A DNA stretch of 64,000 nt from Octopus sinensis (Eukaryota). The translations under genes were made by a program, and so were the position numbers. Below, one piece after another: positions 13,211 through 25,407 of the stretch. The stretch is taken from positions 89,528,001-89,592,000 of the forward strand of contig NC_042999.1 in assembly GCF_006345805.1 (NCBI RefSeq), read 5' to 3'. Position 1 is the stretch's first letter, and the number at the start of each line of letters is the position of its first letter. Below the pieces are notes generated by a model. It was given only the letters and a program-made list of their open reading frames with translations, had not been told where the DNA came from and searched no databases.

Positions 13211-14961
13211 GTTATGTGAATGCATCTGACAAATGTCCCCTCAACTCCTGAAAGCCAATGCCTACTTCCACTTTCACAACATGAAGAAAATAAGAGATAG
13301 ATTTCCCCTTGAAGAGGGCACTACTCTACAAAGGGTAACTCTAGCAGATTGTGCTGCACATATTACAGATGGACAAACTGAGGTAACATTGACTAAAAGG
13401 AGGGCATAGCTTTCTATTAATTATTGTGAACATTTCTCTTGAATTCATATTGAAACTAATGACTGGAATTGTAATAGAAGGAGGTGGAAATGGAGCGCAG
13501 CTGCCACCACAGTCTATATTTAATTAAGCAAGATGTTATTACTATTGATAATTCTGACTATTCTAAATAAGTCACTAAGTTCAACGAGCAACTATTTTTC
13601 TTCACCATTTTTCATTACACACTGGAAGTTTCATTGCTTCTGTCAGAGAGTACAAATGTCTTGAACGAAATTGAGTTCACAAACTGATTTTGATTTTCAT
13701 TAAATATATTACCCTTTATCTACATCATTAGTACCATCAGAAAATATACATGAACATTACATTATTACTGTAATTCACTACACCCAAATAAAAAATGATA
13801 ATAATAATAAACATTATTTTCAAAGGATGTATTGAGTAGGGATATAATTGTAAAATCTCAGTCTGATGAAACGAAACAGGGTTTGTTTTCAATTTGAAGC
13901 ATTTCACTCATTTAATACCCCCTGAGTAAAGCATGTGTGCTGCACATTCTCATTAACTCTCCATTTTAAGTCTATGTAAAAAAAAAAATTTTAATTAAAA
14001 AAAAAAAACTTTTATTGTTAGGAAGTAAGTGTCTTAAAATAGAAATTTGGTCCTAGCATGACCATCCTCTGCAATTCAGCTTTCAAATTACAGAACAAGC
14101 CATTTCACTTGACTTAAACAGTTAGTATTCTGGAGTAAATTATGAAGATAACAGCAATCCATTCTTCTAAATATTGAGCTTTTGTTCCTAGTCAAATAAA
14201 ACAATATATAAATATGGTGTGAAAACTTTATATGTGAGAAAAATAATTCTGTTTTAATTTCTGTAATTCAGTGGTATCTCATACTGCTTTTGGTGTGTTG
14301 AATGAATGAGAAACAAATTTCTCTTTGGTTAGACCATCAGTCTGTGATAGCTAACTCTCCCCCGACTGAATGTCATGCTTCAGATCAATTGAATATTCAT
14401 TAAGTTTACAGTGCTACAACAGCTGTTGCTGCTAAACTGCACCACTTTGTGGTCCCTGCTTACAGTCAAATTCACTGAACTGATTATAGCAAAAGGACCA
14501 GTGTGTACACAGCTCAGCATGGTTGAGAGCACAAAAACTGGTGATATATGAACAATGTGGGCTTCAGTTTTGGCCATTTCTGTAACTTTCAGATAATTTA
14601 TCTGTCATATACATGTATGCATGCATACACACATACATACAAACATACATACATGTCTATGTACACACACACACACATGTATATTGCTGCTGAAAATGAT
14701 ATTTCTCTTATGAACAAAACATCAAGCAGAGTTATTTTTCACAGTTCAGTTTAATGAGAATAACATATAAATCATTGTCTGAAAGAAGTTATGTTATTTC
14801 TTGTTTGATAGAAAATAAGAATGAAATTACATAGCATATTTAGAACCTATTTTGATTTTTTCCTTTTCTCAAGGAAAATCATCCGTTTATTCAGTAACAA
14901 TAAATTCTCAAGAATTTCTTTTAAAATGTTTTCATGTGAATGTTTCATTATTTATTTGCAG

Positions 14962-15024
14962 ATGACCAAGAAGGTGGTATTGAGTCAATTGATTATCCAT
15001 CCAGGCCACATTCGCCAGAATCAG
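14962..15024 (+). CDS. CHRDL1: Chordin-like linker micro-exon (DDQEGGIESIDYPSRPHSPES)
   Basis: Acceptor tttgcag; donor GTAAT at 15025; 63 nt, phase 1-1, open in the required frame. Confidence 0.72.
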
Positions 15025-16112
15025 GTAATTTCAAGATGTAGAATCCCATTATGGTATCTAGTTTTAGATGTATGGTAAGATGCCAAACTATCTTGTACTA
15101 AGTATGCTTATTTCCTGATGTGACTTATGCAGGAATAAATAGTTTCCTTTGTGTGTCTGCAGAGAGTTGATTTCTCACAGTTTCTCCAGAGCAGTATGGA
15201 ACTTCAGAAAATGTAACAAGACTTGTGTTGTTAAGATCATTGTCAATATAAATAAAGTCAAAGAGATGCAACTAGCAATAAAAGGCATGTTTTCAACTTG
15301 AGATGTTTGGGAAATTGTGAAAGCACATGGCATAGGAGTTAAGAAATTGAGCTCACAATCATAATTTTTGATTCAGTGTACCCTTCAATCCAGGATGCAA
15401 TTTCTGTACCAGAGGGCATATTGTGTTCTTTTCAAGGCTTATTTCATTTCACATTGCTCCAGTCAACTCAGCTGAAATGAGTCTCTTTTCATCTGTTACA
15501 CTATTTACATTCTACATAAGTACTTAAAACAATTAGAGAAAACATGACACTCACTACCAAATTGAGTAACAGCTGTAGATTCTTCTGGAAATTATAACCT
15601 ATTCTCCATCACTCTCTGGGATACTATAATCTACATCACTGGCCCTTTGAGAGGTTATCCTCTACTCTACATTGCCCTTTCTCTGGAAGCTCTCTCACAA
15701 TTGTCTAGTATAAGTGATTGTCTTCAATTGACACTGGTATTACATTCCTTGTCAGTGAGCATACATTATTGACAGAGATTTGTATTGCAAGAAACTTACT
15801 CCTATGTTTACTGAAACTCACTGAGATATTATAAAACATAAGAGAATTGAAAATAGCAAAGCTATTAAAGTATTTTTATATATTATATTAGCACCTTCCC
15901 TCTTATGAGCTTAAATTGTGGTATGCATCAACTCTTTTACTGGGTAATGAACAATACTCCCTTTTCTATAAAACTTACATGAGTGTCCTATTCAAAAGAT
16001 ATCAATAGTTTGATAAATGCCTAATGTTAGAAATATGATTTTCCACAGGGATAAAAATTAAGAGCTATATTAAAAGACACCAATTATTTACTTTGTTTTC
16101 ATCTCTTTTCAG

Positions 16113-16172
16113 ATGTCAAAAAGAATAATGGGAATAATGCATCACTTCCTCTTAATAATTCTTCTGAATCTG
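16113..16172 (+). CDS. CHRDL1: Chordin-like linker micro-exon (DVKKNNGNNASLPLNNSSES)
   Basis: Long pyrimidine tract plus cag; donor GTAAG at 16173; 60 nt, phase 1-1. Confidence 0.72.
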
Positions 16173-17221
16173 GTAAGGGTCTTGCAGTTTAAAATACATA
16201 CGTACATGTGACACTAGTATCAGTTTCATTTTTTATACTGAAAACATAGGTCTTTCATTTCATGGAAGGGAGAAATCTTGTGACTTTTAATGTCTTTCCA
16301 ATGAAATTAGCAGCATAAGACAAGTGAATTTGTATAAAATATGCACTAGTATTTTTTTCAATCTCCTGTGCTCTACAAAGTCAAATAATTCAGATCAGTG
16401 TGGTAGACTGAGTGCAAAACGTTAACGATGCAAAGTCTGCTATTTTCTGCTATTGTTACGATTAGTTATTGATAGATTTGAAGCTCAGGCATGACTGACA
16501 TAATCTATGATAAATATAAACACATGATTGCTATTACATATGTTGGAAACTCTGGTCTAAATATAGTTAGACTAAAATAATTTTTTTATGCAGCCATTTA
16601 AAACATTCTTTGAACAGTAAAAATTAATATGATAATTATTTTTGTAATTATTTAATTTGGAAGGTGGCAGAATGCTAGACTAGTTTTTCTTTGGGTTTTG
16701 AGCTCAAATTCAGCTACATTTGATTTTGCCTTTCACTTACTAGTGTCCATAAAATTAGTATCAACATCTAATCTATTTATATTCTTTCATTACAAATATA
16801 AGGGTTCGTCAACATCTGAAGTAGTTTTGATATTAAGTCATATACTTGTAAAGCACAGCGTTACCAAAGCAGAGTATAATGGATTGAATCCCTGCACCTA
16901 ATAAGTGTATGTTTCTTAGTGTCTCAATTCTAGAAGAATGAAATTCAAAGTCAACCCCTGTGGGGTTTTCACTCTGAATATAAAAGTGGATGCTTTAAAG
17001 TTTTACTGTTTCTGTCAACTCATTGCTCTAACATTTAATGAACAATATTGATTCTTAATATTAGAAATATTTGAAAATATGTCTCTTTACAAGACAGAAT
17101 TTTGTGCTGTTTGAATCTAAGTTCATCAAGTCTTTACCAAATTTAGGCATTGTGTTAAAAGTTGTTTTCTATTAATTACAAGTAATTAACATGATTGTTG
17201 CTGGTATACTTGTTCTTTTAG

Positions 17222-17325
17222 ATTATGCAAATAGTTGCACAGATGGAGCACACAAAAATGGCAGCACATGGCATCCAGTTCTTACTCCTTTTGGGCCACA
17301 TCCTTGCATTCTGTGTTCTTGTATA
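17222..17325 (+). CDS. CHRDL1: Chordin-like exon, VWC3 N-half (DYANSCTDGAHKNGSTWHPVLTPFGPHPCILCSCI)
   Basis: Acceptor ttttag; donor GTAAGT at 17326; WHP motif. Confidence 0.9.
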
Positions 17326-18178
17326 GTAAGTAATTTTCTCTTTATATCATTGTATATTTTACTGTATTTTCACATCTAGTGTTTAGTAACTATGCAACAT
17401 AAAATTTAAAATCCTTATTTGCATTGTGAACAGCAAACTCCGAAACAAATAATTTGCACATTTATTCTTAAAACATTCTGCCAGATGTGAACACAAATAT
17501 GCTAATTACTGTTTTGTATGTCACAGAAAAACAACTTCTCCCTTTTATGACAACAACGTATTCATAACTCACTTAACTCATTGGTGCAAGAGATTTATCA
17601 TAACATACAATTTTTTCTTATATAACTGCTTCACATATTTGCTGTCCAAGTAATTTGTCAACAGATCAGTGCCCTCCTAAAAGAAACAACACTATTGTTG
17701 GTGACCTCATAACCATCTTCATTTTCACATTTACCAACTGTTTATGTTACTGGTGTATATTGTTATTATCCAATGAAGATAAATTTGTGACTCAACAGAA
17801 AGAAAAACAGATTTAACTTATGAGTAAATCTCTGGACAAAATGTTTCATGACATTTCTTCGAGCTTTATGTTCTGAGTTTAAATTCTGCTGAGTTGACTT
17901 TGCCTTTCACCCTTTTGGAGTCACTGAAATCAATACCAGTTGGGCACTGAAGCTGATGTAATTGGCTAGCCTCCTCCCCTAAAATCTCAGGCCTTGTGCC
18001 TATTATAGAAAAGGAAGGCAGCAAAATGGCAGAACTGTTATGCTGTTGATGTCAAATTTGTCGTTTGTCCTTTCAGGGTCGATGAAATAACTATCAGTCA
18101 AGCACTGGAGTGCCCCTGCAACTACTAGGATAACAGTTACTTCTCTCATTGCCCATATTCTTGCAATTTTGTCTTATA

Positions 18179-18217
<39 letters not shown>

Positions 18218-18766
18218 GAGTGAGAGAGCAGTGCATGCCATCAAAGTGACACTGGGGTAAAACATACGAAGCCCAATATACCCATCATGACTACCCATCT
18301 GATAAGGGTACACCAGGCACATGCATCACAACCATATGTTCACGATATGGTGATCTCATATCAAGATAAACAGCACATGACCTTGCAGGTGGGGCCCAGT
18401 TAGAATTTTCTTCAGGTTGAGTAGCCCATCCCGCTCAAAAGGTCCCCGAATAAGGGTTGTTTAAGGATGTTGAAAGAACCACCCATGTTTCCAGAGGTGA
18501 ATTATTCAAACCCCAAAGAATCCCTCTCAACACATGGCTATGATGCTCCCCCACTACTTCTGCTCGTGATCAGAGATGCACATATCGTCAGCCACTAAGG
18601 GACATGCTCAACTGGTTAAGGTCAAACAACTGACAAGCAAATCTGTGGTATTGAGCAGAATATTTGCTGTAGCCCATCTTTTATACCAAGACAAAACAAT
18701 GTACATGATAACACTTCCAATCAGTTAAGATCAGAAGCCATGAGAGCCACTGCCTGGTACTGCATC
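18218..18766. mobile_element. 549-bp non-coding interspersed element flanked by (TAT)n, copy 1
   Basis: Near-identical to 20705-21253; both ends abut TAT repeats; no ORF. Confidence 0.75.
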
Positions 18767-18779
18767 TATTATTATTATG

Positions 18780-18814
<35 letters not shown>

Positions 18815-18817
18815 TAC

Positions 18818-18862
<45 letters not shown>

Positions 18863-18878
18863 TATTATTATTATTATT

Positions 18879-20417
18879 CAGTAGTTTTATTTTTATAGCG
18901 TGCTTTCACTTCACTACCGAGCGCAGCTCTGTGTGCCTTGGGTATGTGCTGTGATTTGTTGTGATGCTCTGATGGTTATTGTATGGAAAGTGTTCTGCGT
19001 AGGATGTGTGCAGTGCCTAGTATTGCAATTTTCTGTATTTCTATGTGTTTGTAAGTCCTGGTGTTTTTGTTATGTATTTGTCTGAATATTTTTTTATCAT
19101 GCCTAATGCACCTACTATGATAGGAATTGTTTCTGTATTCAGATTCCACATTCTGGTTACCTCTATTTCCAGGTCTTTGTATTTTGAGAGTTTCTCCATT
19201 TCTTTTAGAGACACATTGTCATCTGCCGGTATTGATACATCAATTAGAAAGCATTTTTTTTCTTCATGATCTCTGACAACTATATCTGGCCTATTGGCCT
19301 TAATTTCTCTATCTGTGTGTATCGGCATATCCCAGAGTATGGTTGCTTTCTCGTTTTCTGTGACCTTTTCTGGTGTGTGCCTATACCATCTTTTCTCTGT
19401 TGTTATTCCATAATGTTGGCATAGCTTCCAATGTATGTAGGTTCCAACTCTGTCATGTCTGTGAATATATTCCTTCTTAGCCAGGACTGGGCAGCTAGAG
19501 ATAATATGATTTATTGTTTCTTGTCCATCTCCACATATTCTGCACTTACTTGTTATATTTCTTTTCATTACATGTTTTTGGTAATTTCTGTTGGGGAGGC
19601 TTTGGTCTTGTGCCGCAATTAAAAATCCCTCTGTTTCTGCTTTGAGTCCTGAGCTTCTCAACCATTGCTGGGATTTTTCTTTGTCTATTTCTTTTGCGTT
19701 TAGTTTAGTCCAGTATTTACCATGAAGGGGCTTTTCTTGCCATCGTTTTATCATGCTTCGTTGCTGTTCTATTTTTAGTTTGGATTTCATTTGTTTTATA
19801 GCTTTTGTTGTTTCTTCATCTTCTTCTTCTTCTTCTTCATATTTATTAGGTTGTATGATTTCTTGTTTGTATTTGTCAGCTTCCTTAAATACTGAGAACA
19901 GTTTTTTGTTTTGCTCGTGTTTTGCCGCTATTTGTATCAGTTTTCCTTCCTTCTGAAGTAGATATTTTTGCAGTCCTATGGTGGTTATTTTATAGTAGTT
20001 TTCCAGTTGTATAAGGCCTCTACCACCTTCTATACGTTGTATATATAGTCTTTCTATGTCAGATTTTGGGTGATGCATCCTAGATCCTGTCATTATTTTT
20101 CTTGTTTTCCTATCTATTTTGGTCAGTTCATTTCGTGTCCAGTTAAGGATATTGTAGCTGTAACTTATAACTGGGACAGCTAAAGTGTTAATACCTATTA
20201 TCTTGTTTTTAGCATTGAGCTCTGTTTTTAGCATTGATCTAACTCGTCTATAATATTCTTTTTTTATTTTCTCTTTCATTTGTGTGTGTTGTGTCTTATC
20301 TAGTTCATGGATTCCTAAGTATTTGTAAGTTTGGCTTTGGTCTAATTCTTTTATTTCATTGGTTTTATCTAGTGTGATGTTGCTACTCTTAACTAGTTTT
20401 CCTCTTTTCATGGTTAC
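18879..20417 (-). mobile_element. 5'-truncated R4/Dong-clade non-LTR retrotransposon (RT thumb, CCHC finger and RLE endonuclease)
   Basis: 456-aa ORF with YKYLGI, RLYIQRIEGGRGL, ETEGFLIAAQDQ, CRICGDGQETINHIISSC, RHDRVG, RPDIVV, LIDVSIP and KLSKYKDL. A frameshift near 19041 leads to EIQKIAILGTAHILRRTL (stop at 18976). Both ends lie in (TAA)n. Confidence 0.9.
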
Positions 20418-20466
<49 letters not shown>

Positions 20467-20704
20467 GATCTTCTTTCGAATATGTTTCCATTTCTTGCCA
20501 AGTGTTTTCTTTACACCTAGAACAGAGAAATGTACTGTATACATCGGTAGACCATTAAAATAAACACATCAGATTGTTCATTTACAAAGTCATGTAATAG
20601 ACAAAAAGAGGAAGAAAGACAGAGAGAAAGGAAAAAATAAAAGATTAAAAAGTCAGCAAATATAATAAAGGGGGATTATTATTATTATTATTATTATTAT
20701 TATT

Positions 20705-21258
20705 GAGTGAGCGAGCAGAGCATGCCATCAAAGTGACACTGGGGTAAAATATACGAAGCCCAGTATACCCATCATGACTACCCGTCTGATAAGGGTACAC
20801 CAGGCACATGCATCACAACCATATGTGTGCAACATGGTGATCTCATATCAAGATAAACAGCACATGACCTTGCAGGTGGAGCCCAGTTAGAATTTTCTTC
20901 AGATCGAGTAATCCATCCCGCTCAAAAGGTCCCCGAATAAGGGTTGTTTAAGGATGTTGAACGAAACACCCATGTTTCCAGAGGTGAATTATTCAAACCC
21001 CAGAGAATCCTTCTCAACACATGGCTATGATGCTCCTCCACTACTTCTGCTCGTGATCAGAGATGCACATATCGTCAGCCACTAAGGGACATGCTCAACT
21101 GGTTAAGGTCAAACAACTGACAAGCAAATCTGTGGTATTGAGCAGAATATTTGCTGTAGCCCATCTTTTATACCAAGACAAAACAATGTACATGATAACA
21201 CTTCCAATCAGTTAAGATCAGAAGCCATGAGAGCCACTGCCTGGTACTGCATCAGGGC

Positions 21259-21260
<2 letters not shown>
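20705..21260. mobile_element. 549-bp non-coding interspersed element flanked by (TAT)n, copy 2
   Basis: Direct copy of 18218-18766 with 7 extra terminal bases (AGGGCTT). Confidence 0.75.
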
Positions 21261-21318
<58 letters not shown>

Positions 21319-21367
21319 TATTATCATTATCATTATCATTATTATTATCATCATCGTCATCATCATC

Positions 21368-21399
<32 letters not shown>

Positions 21400-21428
21400 C
21401 ATTATTATTATTATTATTATTATTATTA
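21261..21428. repeat. (TAT)/(CAT) trinucleotide microsatellite
   Basis: Read directly from the sequence; it is the source of the spurious poly-Ile ORFs. Confidence 0.95.
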
Positions 21429-21657
21429 CATTTTCAAAAAGTTCATTCAATTTCTGCTGCATCACCTGGTGTAAACCAGGTGTACCTTTATCCCTATACT
21501 CCTGGAGTTTTCACCACATTGCCTTTTAGGAATGCAGAATTGTATTTGTGTCAGTTTGGTTTTGATGTGAAGTTTGTTTAACATCTTTGTGCTTGTTGAT
21601 ATCGTTTTCATTGCATTGGATCTGCTAAATAAATGCTTCCTTTTCATTTTCTTCAAG

Positions 21658-21766
21658 AATGGACAGACCCAGTGCAGTAAAATTGATTGTCCTAAAGTCT
21701 CATGTTCAAGACCCAGAAAGGTTGATGGCAAATGTTGCCCTGTCTGTAAAAAAAGAAGATGCAAAG
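21658..21766 (+). CDS. CHRDL1: Chordin-like exon, VWC3 C-half (NGQTQCSKIDCPKVSCSRPRKVDGKCCPVCKKRRCK)
   Basis: Acceptor cttcaag; donor GTAGG at 21767; DGKCCPVC motif. Confidence 0.9.
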
Positions 21767-22476
21767 GTAGGATGTCAATATTTCTCGTATAAGCTGATGA
21801 TCCATAATTTAATTGAATTTGTTCTTAATTTCCAATTCTACCTTTGTAAAATTTTTAATAAACACACCATATCTTCCAGCATACAAATGAACATAGCATA
21901 TATAGTGTAAGCATTCAAATATTGTCTCTGTCTTTCTAAATCCTGCTGTATTTTCACATAGAATTTTTGGTCCTCCAAAGTCATCTCAGTGTGTAAGTCA
22001 ACTTACAGTTTTTGGCTGTAAATCTTAGTTTGTAGAATTCAACTTGTATGCCAGAAAATATGGCATACAAAATAACACTGTATCTGAAAAAGAAGACAGA
22101 CATTCAGTAGAGTCACATTAATTCTAAGAGACAATGGTTTAGCGCCTATCAAAGACACTTAACCCTTTAAAAGGTTTAATTCACTTAACTATAAACACGA
22201 TCCATGCTGAAGAAAGTTTACCCCTGCAAACAGTGGGAGGCAATGTAATTAACAAATTGACAAATGTTTTGTTAGCTTGTATAACATAAAGCCAATCCTG
22301 CTATAGGCTTGGGAAAATGTACAGAAAATCAATCCAATCAATTATGTCCAAGAATATCCTGCCTTGTCAGTAGAATTGTTAAAAGTTGGCTTCTCAATGG
22401 TGCATGCAAACCTATACATAGCTATTTAGCATCTTAAACACACACACACACACACAAACATACACACGTGTGCATG

Positions 22477-22516
<40 letters not shown>

Positions 22517-23677
22517 TATTCTTGCACACACACATGCACACAAACACACAAATATACAAATTCACGCACATACATACAAACATATATGTATGTGTGTACA
22601 TGCATGTATGTGTGTGTGTGTGTGCATGCATGTATGTATGTACATATGTATATGCATGCACATGTGTGTATTTATGCTTTTGTTTACATTTATGCTTTTC
22701 TGAAAATCTCAAGCTACAGTGTCATTGTTACCATTTCTCCAGTCAATGAATAAATACACTGGCTTCACCTCAAAGACATGTAAAATAAGAGAACTCTTAC
22801 TTGAAAAACGGGTAATGGTTATTAACAGAAAATGCACCAGCAGTACAAAACATGATACCTCAACAGTATATATATATATGTATAATCCAATCTATCATGA
22901 GATAATTGATATAAAAAGAAGCATATGTTTACATATGTACAAATGTTAGGGAACCCTTAGGAAGTACTCTTTCTGCTAAATATTTTATGTTCTAAATATG
23001 TTTGAGTATAAATGTTTCACGTCAAATCTCTTTCAAGGAAACACTCAGGATTATCACATCTTTCAATGATAATGGCCAAAAGTCTTCATGTTTTATTGAC
23101 GATTAGTTTTGTGCAAGACGTTTGGAATCTACTTCTGTGTGCATATCCTACCAGAAGACAGCAGGAGAAATCTTCAGAGGAAGTGTTTGTAGAATTCAAC
23201 TTGTATGTCAGAAAATATGGCACACCAAATAACACTGTATCTGAAAGGGAAGATATTCAGTAGAGTTTGTTCGACTAAAGGTGGTGCTCCAGCATCGCCA
23301 GAGTCAAATAACTGAAACAAGTAAAAGAATAACCTAATGGTTTTGATTCCCAGACCAATCATTGCACTGTCTTCTTGAGAAAAACATTTCATTTCACACT
23401 GCTCTGTGGTCATTTGAGCATCTGTCGTGTGGCCCACTTGTGCAGCTGTAAAGGCAATGTTGATTTGATAGCTTATATGAACACAAAGGGAGCCAGGCCC
23501 ACCCAAGTCTTGATTCCGTGGTGCCTTCCTTCTATTTCTGAAGTGCCACTTTTAGTAGAGATTCAGCTGAGAACCTTTAGGTGATCTTATTTTATAGCGA
23601 GTGAGACATACTGACCATTTTCTCATAAATTTTCCCTTGCATTGTGAGGTTGATAATTAACTCAGCTGACCATTTCA

Positions 23678-23720
<43 letters not shown>

Positions 23721-23870
23721 TTATCTATCTTCCTCTCCCCCCTCTTTCCTTCTCTCTCTATACATGCATACACATACATAGCAAGAGAAATTCATTATTG
23801 AATAATACATACCAGAAGAGTTTTACTACTTACAAAATTCAATCATTTTCTTTCACTTTCTCTTTCTCAG

Positions 23871-24101
23871 GTAGAAAATGCCGAAAAAGAAATCGAATTA
23901 ATACAACTCCTTCTACTGGATTATCACATAGACCTGGTTCTACCACAACAGACCCTACTCAGATTTTCCACAATCTATGTATGCCCAAAGGTACAGATCG
24001 CCTAGTGTATATGTCAAATGGAACTGATTCTCTCATGCTTGCTTTCCACCATATCAAAAAGTCAAAAGTAGATGTACTGCGATGGGATATACCTAAAAAG
24101 G
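23871..24101 (+). CDS. CHRDL1: Chordin-like exon, post-VWC3 linker and C-terminal domain (GRKCRKRNR...VLRWDIPKK)
   Basis: Acceptor tttctcag; donor GTAAGT at 24102; 231 nt, phase 1-1. Confidence 0.82.
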
Positions 24102-24191
24102 GTAAGTTAGTTCTAAATTGTAAAGAACGGAATCATACTAGTTACAGAGTTTCTTTTAGCATCATTCTCATTTTGGGCTTTTCCATTTCAG

Positions 24192-24284
24192 GTCGACTTG
24201 TTCATTTCAGAAAAGAAACAATGAATGCAGAAGATTTTCGTTCAAGAACAAAATCTACAAATATTTTAGGTGCTACAAACAAAA
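24192..24284 (+). CDS. CHRDL1: Chordin-like exon, C-terminal domain (GRLVHFRKETMNAEDFRSRTKSTNILGATNK)
   Basis: Acceptor atttcag; donor GTAAGT at 24285; 93 nt, phase 1-1. Confidence 0.8.
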
Positions 24285-25407
24285 GTAAGTCTTTTAGTAT
24301 TTGAAATGTTTACATATTGTATTCGGAGATTTCATATTTTGTGAGAAAAATTAATTCTTCTGACAGTCATTCCTTTTCAAGAGTATTAGAATTAAAAATG
24401 AAGTGGATATATACAATAGGCGCAAGATGGCTGTGTTGTAAGAAGCATTCTTCCTAACCACATGGTTATGAGTTCAGTCCCACTGCATGGCACCTTGGGC
24501 CAGTGCCTTTTGCTATGGCCTCAAGCTGACTAAAGTCTTATGAGTGGATTTGGTAGATGGAAACTGAAAGAAGCCCGTCATATATATACATAGGTGCATG
24601 TGTTTGTGTGTGTGTGTGTGCCTATGTTTGTCTCCCCAACATCGCTTGACATCAAATGCTGGTGTTTACATCCCCATAACTTAGTAATTCAGCAAAAGAG
24701 ACCGATAGAATAAGTACTAGGCTTACAAAGAATAAGTCCTGGATTCGATTTGTTCAACTAAAAGTGGTGCTCCAGCATGGCCAGAGTCAAATAACTGAAA
24801 CAAGTAAAACAATAACCTAATGGTTTTGATTCCCAGACCAATCATTGCATTGTCTTCTTGAAAAAAACATTTCATTTCACACTGCTCTGTGGTCATTTGA
24901 GCATGTCGTGTGGCCTACTTGTGCAGCTGTAGAGGCAATGTTGATTTAATAGCTTATATGAACACAAAAATTTTATCACTATAAACAAATATTCAGCAGG
25001 AAATTTCACAACTATAATTTTCATTTTATTTTCATTTTAATATTGATATTTATACGCACACACACGTATGTATATATACATACACACACAAACACACATA
25101 CATGCACATATACAACAGAATTCTTCCAAGTTTCCATCTACCATATCCACTCACAAGGCTTTGATTGGCCCTTGCCCAAAGTACCATGCTGTCAGACTAA
25201 ACCCAGAACTACAAGGTTTGGAAGCAAGCTCTTTAATCGTACAACCACACCCTGCACCTACAGATAACACTAAAACTAATATTTTAACATATTAGCATGA
25301 AAATAATTAACTGCAAAATTCTTGTTTATGTCTTATATATAACTTGCTTGTTTATCATAAGATTATCTTAAAGACTTTTCTGACTTATCAAATTCATTCA
25401 TTTACAG

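Noticed and set aside
13863-13877. CTGATGA-AAC-GAAAC
   Set aside because: Both core boxes are present, but there is no room for stem II and no supporting stems.
21208-21529. Poly-Ile/Met ORFs
   Set aside because: They are translations of the (TAT)/(CAT) microsatellite.
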